From Candidatus Eiseniibacteriota bacterium (GTDB lineage: Bacteria; Eisenbacteria; RBG-16-71-46; CAZAMP01): a DNA stretch of 64,000 nucleotides. The DNA lies in assembly GCA_965224245.1 (NCBI GenBank), contig OZ245046.1, forward strand, positions 3,616,001 through 3,680,000, in the 5' to 3' direction. How positions within the stretch are numbered: the first letter of the stretch is position 1; each line of letters opens with the position of its first letter. The notes beneath the pieces were generated by a model that saw only the letters and a program-made list of their open reading frames with translations, searched no databases and had not been told where the DNA came from. Made by a program: the position numbers and the translations under genes. Positions 41,231 through 48,976 of the stretch are shown in pieces.

Positions 41231-42430
41231 TCAGTCCGCGAGCGCGTCTCGCATGCGATCCAGCGCGTCGTCGACGTGCGCGCGCTCCAGCACCAACGGG
41301 GGCGTGATCCGGACGACGTCGTCGCAGTGGAGCGTCCATCCGAGCAGGAGCCCGCGCTCGAGCGATCGTTCGACGAAGCGCCGCGTTCGCGCGGCGTCGT
41401 CGAACTCGAGCGCCAGCAAGAGCCCGATGCCGCGCGCGGCGCGTACACCACCGCTCCCCACGAGGCCCTCGAGCCCGGTCAGGAACACGCGCCCGGTCAC
41501 GGCGGCGCGCTCGGACAGATTCTCCTCGCGCAAGAGGCGAAGCCCGGCCAGGCCCGCGGCGCAGGAGACCGGATGTCCCCCGAACGTCGTCACGTGACTG
41601 AGCGGCGGATCGTGCGAGATCGTCCGCATGACCTCACGCGCGCCGGCGATGCCGCCGAGGGGAAGTCCGCCGCCCATCGCCTTGGCCAGGCACACGAGAT
41701 CGGGAACGACGCTCCAGTGCTGCATGGCGAAGTCGCGGCCGGTGCGCCCGAAGCCCGTGATCACCTCGTCGAACACGAGGAGCGCGCCCATCGCGTCGCA
41801 CCGGGCCCGCAGCGCCGGCAGGAACCCCGCCGCCGGGACGCGGATCCCGCCCTCGCCCTGCACCGGCTCGACGATCACGGCCGCGCAGTCGGTCGTGATC
41901 GCATCCAGCGCATCGACGGCGTCGAACGGAAGGAACGTCACGTCCTCCAGAAGCGGAGCGAATGGGCGCCGATAGCGCTCGCTTCCCTGGATCGAGAGCG
42001 CCCCCATCGTGTCCCCGTGATAGCTCCGCTCGAACGCGACCAGCGCCCGTCGCCCGGTGTGCTTGCGCGCGATCTTGATCGCTCCCTCGATCGCCTCGGT
42101 GCCGGTGCAGCACGGGAACACCTGCTCGATCGGCTCGGGCAGGAGATCGACCAGGGCGGCCGCGAACGCGGTCTGGGCCTCCTGCTCGTACTCGCCGTAG
42201 ACCATCACGTGCGTGTGGCGCGCGAGCTGGCGAGCAACCGCCTCGGCGATCTCGGGACGTCCGTGCCCGAGGTTGGCCACCCCGATCCCGGCCGTCAGAT
42301 CCAGGTAGCGGCGGCGATCGCGCGTGTGCACGTACACGCCCTCGGCGGACGCGATCGACAGACCAATCGGCTCGGGCGACGTCGGAGCCAGCACCGCGCG
42401 CATCCGTTCCAGTCGAGAGGCGTCGGTCAT
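41231..42430 (-). CDS. Class III PLP aminotransferase (ArgD-like)
   Basis: YLDLTAGIGV, GTEAIEGA, SYHG, EPVQGEGG, FDEVITGFGRTG, AKAMGGG, TTFGG. Confidence 0.92.
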   Translation of the reverse strand: MTDASRLERMRAVLAPTSPEPIGLSIASAEGVYVHTRDRRRYLDLTAGIGVANLGHGRPEIAEAVARQLARHTHVMVYGEYEQEAQTAFAAALVDLLPEPIEQVFPCCTGTEAIEGAIKIARKHTGRRALVAFERSYHGDTMGALSIQGSERYRRPFAPLLEDVTFLPFDAVDALDAITTDCAAVIVEPVQGEGGIRVPAAGFLPALRARCDAMGALLVFDEVITGFGRTGRDFAMQHWSVVPDLVCLAKAMGGGLPLGGIAGAREVMRTISHDPPLSHVTTFGGHPVSCAAGLAGLRLLREENLSERAAVTGRVFLTGLEGLVGSGGVRAARGIGLLLALEFDDAARTRRFVERSLERGLLLGWTLHCDDVVRITPPLVLERAHVDDALDRMRDALAD

Positions 42431-42547
42431 GAGTCCTTCCAGGATCTGGGGGGACGGCCACCGGCGTCGCCGGGTCCCGACGATGCGCGGCGAGCGTACC
42501 ATGCGCCTCACCGGCGGTCGTCGTCCGGCCGGTGGCGTGGGCACGCG

Positions 42548-43927
42548 TCAATCGGTCGGAGGACCGTCGATCCGGGCTCCGATTCGCGTGACGACCTCGC
42601 GCCAGCGGCCGTCGGTCTCGTGCTCCACCTGAACGCCCACCGCGCTCGCACGGACCTCCTCGCCGAACCAGCCGGGGCCGGGCTCCTGCATGCGCCCGAT
42701 CGCGCAGAGGCGGGTCGCACCCAGGCACTCGAGTCCGTGCACGAGCGAGAGACACGCGCCGGGATCATCGCCCACGCCGAGCGATTGCAGCCGCCCCGAC
42801 CAGGCCTCCAGCGACTCCCAGAGCGCGGTCGGCGAGTCCACCTGCCGCACGACCACCGCGCGGCCGAGAGGTGACGGGATCAACGGTCCGCGTTCGACCA
42901 GCACCGCGCCGCCGCCGTCCACCGGCCACACGGCGCGCTCGCCCGTCCCCAGCGCCGCGGTCTCCGCCCGCGAGATCCGATGCCGGATCGCGGCCCGGGT
43001 CGCCAGTGGCGTCACGCCGCGGGGCAGCTCGGTGGCCAGCCGTCCGAGCCGGTCGGCCAGCCGCTCGGCGAACGCGCGGGCGTCGAGCGCTCGGTCCACG
43101 AAGACGACGTGCGGCGATAGGCACCCTTCCTGGTCCCAGATCGCCACGTCGACCGCGAGCCGCCAGGCGCTCTCGTCGAGGTCGAAGCCGTCGCGGGGCA
43201 GGTACGCCGCCGAGACCCGGTGTCCCATCGGCGAGATGCGAACCCCGGTGTGCGCCCACCGGTCGACGAGCGCACGGACGGTGGCGTCCGTGCCCGAGAC
43301 CAGCGCGTAGCTCGCCCAGGTGAACACGGGCCGCTCGAGGTCGGGATCACCGCCGGGCCAGCTCGCCAGCAGCATCGGGCGCGTGCCGTCCGCGACACCG
43401 AGCGCGCGCGTGATCGCGATCGCCAGCATCGTGGCCGTGACCGGCTCGCGCGACGGGAGCTTCACGAAGACCGGGTCGCCCGCCACGAGCGACAGGACGA
43501 GATCCAGCGCGGCCAGACCCGGAACGTTGCCGGCGGCCATGACGGCGGCCGGCCGCGGGTGATCACCGACGAAGCGCGGATGCGCGCTCGAGATCGCCTG
43601 TGCGATCGCCGGCGGCGACCAGCGCGCCGCCTGGCAGCGGATGCCCTCGGCCACGACCCCCGGACTGAACCCGGTCCACTCGGGCAGGAGCCGTCGCGCG
43701 AGAGTCTGCGACACGCCGTCCGGATCCGACCACTCGGTCAAGGCGTCCGAGAGCCGCTCCAGACGACCGTGCGGTGTGCCCGGGATCGCGGTCAGGCGGG
43801 ACAGGCCGCGGGCGAGCTCCGCGGGGCTCCGCCCACGGAGGGACCGGAGCTCCAGCCCGGCGCATCCCGAGAGCTCGGGGACCTCGGCCAGAGCGGCCCA
43901 GAGCGCCTCACCCGGGTCGTCGCTCAC
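42548..43927 (-). CDS. LuxC-like acyl-CoA/acyl-protein reductase
   Basis: AAGNVPG, VKLPSREP, GHRVS, WDQEGCLSP (catalytic Cys), RLCAIGRMQEP; GTGA overlap. Confidence 0.85.
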   Translation of the reverse strand: MSDDPGEALWAALAEVPELSGCAGLELRSLRGRSPAELARGLSRLTAIPGTPHGRLERLSDALTEWSDPDGVSQTLARRLLPEWTGFSPGVVAEGIRCQAARWSPPAIAQAISSAHPRFVGDHPRPAAVMAAGNVPGLAALDLVLSLVAGDPVFVKLPSREPVTATMLAIAITRALGVADGTRPMLLASWPGGDPDLERPVFTWASYALVSGTDATVRALVDRWAHTGVRISPMGHRVSAAYLPRDGFDLDESAWRLAVDVAIWDQEGCLSPHVVFVDRALDARAFAERLADRLGRLATELPRGVTPLATRAAIRHRISRAETAALGTGERAVWPVDGGGAVLVERGPLIPSPLGRAVVVRQVDSPTALWESLEAWSGRLQSLGVGDDPGACLSLVHGLECLGATRLCAIGRMQEPGPGWFGEEVRASAVGVQVEHETDGRWREVVTRIGARIDGPPTD

Positions 43928-44622
43928 GGCGCGGGGAACAGCGCCAGGATCGTCTCCCGATCGCCGCGCGAGAGCGTGATCCACGTGTTGTCGAGGTTGT
44001 GTCCGTACATGACGTCGTTGGGATTGGGGCTGTGACCCGGAGGACCCACCTCGTCCGATCCGGGCGCACTCTGGGAGATCCCGAGGGCGTGCCCGAACTC
44101 GTGGATCGAGAGCGCGAGGAGCTCGCGCCGCGTGAGGGCGCGGTCCACCGACAACGAGCCGAGCGAGATCTCCACCTCGACGTGCGTGTCGTGGTACGTC
44201 GTTCGCCCGAGCCAGTTGAGGCCACGGGCGACGAACCGGACGTCGACGCGACGCTCGGGCTCGGGCTCGCTCGTGGAGGACCAGATGACCGGCAGGCGCA
44301 CGGGGCGCCCGTCCGACTCCAGCGGGTCCAGCCACGTCTCGACCGCGGCCACGACGACCTCGCGCACCGCATCCGCGTCGACGTCGGAGGGAAACGCATC
44401 GTCCCGAACGAAGATCGGGACGACCACGGTGGGATCGTCCGGACCTCGCGTCTCGGTCCAGAACGACGGGACCCGAAACGCCACCTCGGTGTAGGCCGGC
44501 GTGTCGGTGTCTCGCGAGGGCACCTCGACGATGGACCCGCAGGAGACGGTCGTGGCGGCGAGGACGACGACCGACGCGGCACGGATGCGGGCGGTGCGAG
44601 ATCTCGTGGCGGGCGTCGGCAT
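43924..44622 (-). CDS. Matrixin-like zinc metalloprotease lipoprotein
   Basis: Signal ending TVSC; HEFGHALG...GHS..PNDVMY; LSRGDRET. Confidence 0.75.
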   Translation of the reverse strand: MPTPATRSRTARIRAASVVVLAATTVSCGSIVEVPSRDTDTPAYTEVAFRVPSFWTETRGPDDPTVVVPIFVRDDAFPSDVDADAVREVVVAAVETWLDPLESDGRPVRLPVIWSSTSEPEPERRVDVRFVARGLNWLGRTTYHDTHVEVEISLGSLSVDRALTRRELLALSIHEFGHALGISQSAPGSDEVGPPGHSPNPNDVMYGHNLDNTWITLSRGDRETILALFPAP

Positions 44623-45236
44623 CAGTCGGCTCCTCTTCGGAGCTCGATGCCGACCTGGAACGCGTGCATCACGAACGTCTCGTCGGAGACAATCTCGTCG
44701 TCGAGGGCCTCCAGCGTCGACAGGAGCGACCCCGGGAGCATCAGGCGCGCGCGGTACCCGACGCGAAACCCCAGTGCACCACGAACACCGAACGTCTGTC
44801 CGAGACCGACGTCCAGATGCAGTCGATCCACGGTCGAGGAGCCCTGCCCGTTCAGACGCTCGAACAGCGGCTCGGTCTCGTCGACCGGGATCGTGTAGCC
44901 CATTCCGGCGTGGAGCCGCCATTCGCGCCGGCTACTCACCGACAGGTCCCTGTGCCACGCGGCGCCGACGACGACGAAGTCGGGTCGAGCCTGCACCTCG
45001 ATCCCCACGCGGGTTCGCCGTCCCGCGGACAGGAGGACGCCGACGTCGATCGTCTCGGCGAAGACGGCGGCGTCACCGACGTGTTGCTCGAGCTGGGGCC
45101 AGATCGAGACACCCACGTCGAGCGCCGGGTCGGCGTCCCAGCCGGCTCGTGCCGCCGGTGCGGCCACGAGACCCAGCGTCGCCGACAGACCGGTCACGAG
45201 CAGCGCCGTCGCGCACCTCGGACGACGCGAGGTCAC
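44622..45236 (-). CDS. Small secreted, probably outer-membrane beta-barrel protein
   Basis: Signal ending ARA; alternating strands; overlaps both neighbours. Confidence 0.6.
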   Translation of the reverse strand: MTSRRPRCATALLVTGLSATLGLVAAPAARAGWDADPALDVGVSIWPQLEQHVGDAAVFAETIDVGVLLSAGRRTRVGIEVQARPDFVVVGAAWHRDLSVSSRREWRLHAGMGYTIPVDETEPLFERLNGQGSSTVDRLHLDVGLGQTFGVRGALGFRVGYRARLMLPGSLLSTLEALDDEIVSDETFVMHAFQVGIELRRGAD

Positions 45237-46330
45237 TGGAGCCACTCGTCCATCGAGATCGAGCATCCCCTGGCCGCGGCGCCCGGACGGCGCCCGGTGA
45301 GCCGGAACGCGTCGCCTCGGCGCTCTCCGACGTCGTCGGTCAGAACCGCCATCACGGAGTGGCAGTTGGCGAGGTCGTAGTGGCAGACGATGCCGGCGTC
45401 GGCATCCGCGAGCGTCTCGGGGTCGACGACGCGCGAGCGCATCCAGTGCGGGCCGTGCTTCACCCGACGTCGCACCGGGGTCGTGAGCGCATCGGAGGAC
45501 CAGTCGTGACGGGCGAGCGCGCGGAGGTCGTCGTTGTACATCTGGGAGAAGAGCTCCGTCATGCCGTACTCGTTGACGCAGGCGCCCGGATGCAGTCCGA
45601 ACACGTCCCGGTAGCGCGAGACGAGGCGCTCCTCGTCGAACTCGCGTCCGAGCCCCTTGGTTCCGCCGGTGTCCATCAGACGGCTCCGTGGCGGCAGCAT
45701 GCACCGGATGCCGGCCTCGGAGGCCGCCTCGAGCACCGGAATGAACGCCAGAGTCGTCCCCATCAGGAGAACCGGCTCGCCCTCGGAGCTGGCCCGTGCG
45801 AGCGCAGCGAAGAACGCGCCGAGCAGCGCGCGGCGGTCGCGCACGTACGTTCCGCTGCCGGGGCCACCGAACCTGGCCAGCACCACGTCGGTCATGTAGC
45901 TGAGCGAGGAGTCGGGCTGCTCGTCCAGCGTGGGTATCAGCGAGAGAATCCGAAGTCGCTCCCGATCGGGCAGCAAGAAGTGGCGAAAGGTCTCGGTGAC
46001 CGACAGCTCGTAGAGCGACGCATCGACGACGCCGTGAATGCCCCGCTCGCTTCCGCCCCGGGTCGTGCCGCTCGTCCGGAACAGGATCGCCGGGCTCGCG
46101 CAGGTGAGCGCCAGCTGAGCGAAGGCGTCGGCGGGAACCGGAGGAATGCGCATCCAGTCGGTCACGGTCTCGGGAGCGATGCCCCGTCCCTCACAGAGCG
46201 ATCGATACGCGGGATTGGTCTCGTGCTGGTAGCGGAAGACCTCCAGGGCCAGCACGTCGAAGTCGTCGGCGGCCGGGTCCCGGATGAACGCACGTACCCG
46301 CTCCCCGATTCGGCCGGCTCGCTCGTCCAT
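45233..46330 (-). CDS. LuxE-like acyl-protein synthetase
   Basis: FRYQ..NPAYR, FRTSGTT, SSLSYM, MDTGGTKG, NEYGMTELFSQ, DLAN, TDD, RGCS. Confidence 0.9.
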   Translation of the reverse strand: MDERAGRIGERVRAFIRDPAADDFDVLALEVFRYQHETNPAYRSLCEGRGIAPETVTDWMRIPPVPADAFAQLALTCASPAILFRTSGTTRGGSERGIHGVVDASLYELSVTETFRHFLLPDRERLRILSLIPTLDEQPDSSLSYMTDVVLARFGGPGSGTYVRDRRALLGAFFAALARASSEGEPVLLMGTTLAFIPVLEAASEAGIRCMLPPRSRLMDTGGTKGLGREFDEERLVSRYRDVFGLHPGACVNEYGMTELFSQMYNDDLRALARHDWSSDALTTPVRRRVKHGPHWMRSRVVDPETLADADAGIVCHYDLANCHSVMAVLTDDVGERRGDAFRLTGRRPGAAARGCSISMDEWLQ

Positions 46331-46580
46331 GGATCCTCCGCGACACGTTTCACCGCCATTCATCGCATTCTACGAGCCGCCCGACGTTTGCTCAAGTCGC
46401 CGGGCGGTGGCCCGGCGGGCGGCGCGGATGCTGGCGCGCGGGCGGCATCGCACTCGGTTTGGCGATCGCCGGTCGAGTCGATATGCTCCCGCGAACGCGC
46501 ACCGGCTCGGGACGGATCGGTCGCGGGACGACACGCGGCGCGGCTCGCGCGATCGCGCATCTCGAACCTTCGGGGGAACC

Positions 46581-48683
46581 TTGGCCTCTTCACGGAGCCG
46601 GCTGGGCATCGCGCTCGCGCTCGCCGTCGTGATCGCGGGAGTGATGCTGCTCACCACCGGCGGCCGCTTCGCGTTCCCCCTGGACGACCCGTACATCTAC
46701 CTCCAGTACGCCGAGCAGAACGCGCAGGGGCAGCTCTTCCGCTACAACGACGGCGATCCCACGACGACCGGCGCGACCAGCGCGCTGTACGCGCTCGTCC
46801 TCACCCCGCTGGCGCTGGTGCTGTCCGGAACGGGCCTGGCGATCGGCGGCTACGTGCTGGCGACCGTTCTTCTCGCGCTGTCGCTGGATGCGCTCCACGC
46901 GCTCGCGACGCGATGGCTCGGTCCCGGGTCGGCGAGGATCGCGCTGGCGTTGACCCTGCTCTCGGGACCCTTCATCTGGGGAACGTTCAGTGGCATGGAG
47001 ACGCCGCTCGTCACGTTCCTGGCGCTCCGCATGTTTCTCGCGTTCGATCGGCTGCGTGACGATCCACCGGCCACGCGCGCGTTCACGGTGTTCGCATCGC
47101 TGTTCGCGTGCGCGCGTCCCGAGTGCGGGCCTCTGACCTGGCTCGTCCTCGGCGCTCACGTGCTCGCGGCTCGGGGCCCCGGCGTGCTGGGCATGGGCCG
47201 CCTGGCGATCGTGGCCGGCGCGTCGTGCCTTCCGTTTGTTCTGAACCTGATCCTGACCGGGACCCCGAGCTCGACCACGCTGGCCAGCAAGGGCGCGCTC
47301 TTCCTTCCCGGCACCACCCTCGTGACGTGGCTCATGACGACGGCCCAGTTCGCGTCGCACGCGATCAAGGGCCTGTTCGGATCGGGAGCCGTCGGCGGGA
47401 CCGGCTGGCCGAGCGCCTACACGACGCTGGTCACGTTCGCGGCACCGCTCACGCTCCTCTTCGCCGTGCTGGGTGCGGGGCCCGCGGTCGCGCGCGAGTG
47501 GCGAGAGCGGCAGCCCGGGCTCGCGAGCGGCGGCACGATCGTCCTCTGCGGAGTGCTCGCGTCGTGGGCGGCGCTCGTGCCGATCACGCTGCACTGGAGT
47601 CGGTACCTCCTGCCGTACCTCCCGCTCCTGAGCCTGTTCACGGTGGCCGGCATCGAATCGGTCGCCCGCGGGCTCGCCGCGAGAGACCCCGGCCCGACGG
47701 ACGTCATCCCTGCGCTCCCCCCTCGGCCGGACGCGGGCGACGTTCGCCGCGGGCTGGTCGTGTTCTTCGTCCTCGCGTCGCTGCCCACGACCGCGTTCTT
47801 CGTCGCGGCCTACGCGTGGAACGCCCGCGAGATCGATCGACAGCACGTCGCCATGGCCCGGTGGATCGACGCGCGCACGCCCCCCGGGACCCACGTGGCA
47901 ACCAACGACGTCGGGGCGATTCGCTACTACGGGCACCGTCCCGTACTGGACCTCCACGGGCTCACGTCGCGGGATCTGGCCGCGTGCAAACAGGTCGGCT
48001 CGGGCGCGGTCTACGAGTTCCTGGAGGCGCTGGATCCCGGCCAGCGTCCCGATCTCCTCGTGGTGATCCCCGGATGGTTCGGCTCGGACTTCCTCTCGAT
48101 GCACGCGCCGGTGCGCTCGCAGACGTTGCGCAAGGCGATGATCGCCGGCAGCCCGCTGGTCGCCTACCGGACCGACTGGCGGCTGGCCGGCTCGGGCAAC
48201 GTGCCGAGCCCGGCCACCGGTGCCGAGCTGAACGCCCGCGGCACCGGGCGCCTCATGGATCGTCTGGACGTCGCGGACCTCGCGAGCGAGCACGAGCACG
48301 GATACGCACTCCACCTCGAGCCCGGAGAGAGCGCATCACCGGTGAAGACCCTGACCGGGCCCGATGGCGCCGGCCGGTCGACCGACGGCGGGAGGCTCGT
48401 CACCGGAAGCGAGTCGTTCTCGCTGCGCGCGGTCCCCAACGCACCGGCCGTGCTCGTGCTCAGAGCCTACGGTCACGTTCGGGCGAGCGTGCAGGCGGGC
48501 GCCGCCGAGCCGGTTGCGCTCGACGTGCGCGCATCGGATCCCGACCGGACCTGGACGGAGACGTTCGTCCCCATCCCCGCATCGGCGATCCCGACCGACG
48601 CCCTTTCGGTCACGATCCACGCCGTCGACGGCGCGCTCGTCGAGGGCGGATACCTGAGCTTTCACTACTGGCTCTACCAGTAG
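46581..48683 (+). CDS. Membrane glycosyltransferase-like protein (GT-C) with C-terminal soluble domain
   Basis: PLDDPYIYLQYA, GATSAL, SGMETPL, RPE, RYLLP, DVGAI, DLHGLT; start uncertain (TTG 46581). Confidence 0.78.
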   Translation: MASSRSRLGIALALAVVIAGVMLLTTGGRFAFPLDDPYIYLQYAEQNAQGQLFRYNDGDPTTTGATSALYALVLTPLALVLSGTGLAIGGYVLATVLLALSLDALHALATRWLGPGSARIALALTLLSGPFIWGTFSGMETPLVTFLALRMFLAFDRLRDDPPATRAFTVFASLFACARPECGPLTWLVLGAHVLAARGPGVLGMGRLAIVAGASCLPFVLNLILTGTPSSTTLASKGALFLPGTTLVTWLMTTAQFASHAIKGLFGSGAVGGTGWPSAYTTLVTFAAPLTLLFAVLGAGPAVAREWRERQPGLASGGTIVLCGVLASWAALVPITLHWSRYLLPYLPLLSLFTVAGIESVARGLAARDPGPTDVIPALPPRPDAGDVRRGLVVFFVLASLPTTAFFVAAYAWNAREIDRQHVAMARWIDARTPPGTHVATNDVGAIRYYGHRPVLDLHGLTSRDLAACKQVGSGAVYEFLEALDPGQRPDLLVVIPGWFGSDFLSMHAPVRSQTLRKAMIAGSPLVAYRTDWRLAGSGNVPSPATGAELNARGTGRLMDRLDVADLASEHEHGYALHLEPGESASPVKTLTGPDGAGRSTDGGRLVTGSESFSLRAVPNAPAVLVLRAYGHVRASVQAGAAEPVALDVRASDPDRTWTETFVPIPASAIPTDALSVTIHAVDGALVEGGYLSFHYWLYQ

Positions 48684-48976
48684 TCCACGAGCACCGGTCA
48701 CGGACACATCGCACGTCGTGCGAAAGCACGTTCGTCCTCGGCGCCCTCCGAGATCGGATCGGCCCGGGACGGTCACGCGCGTGGGCGGAACGCCCCACCC
48801 GGTCCGGCCTCGCACGCCCGCGTGGTATTCTGTGCACGCTCGTTGCCACTCCGGTGAATCCGGGGGATGCCCTCGGGGCGATGCGGCTGCCGCCACACGA
48901 CGTCGCCCACGGGGCAAGGCATCATCGCGTTGCATGCTCGACGGCAACCACGGCCGCATGGAAGGGGTACCCCCGC

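Noticed and set aside
42548-46330. Bioluminescence operon
   Set aside because: No luxA, luxB or luxD in the window.
48831-48847. Sigma54 promoter upstream of the metalloprotease
   Set aside because: GTGCACG-N4-TTGC lacks the invariant GG at -24.
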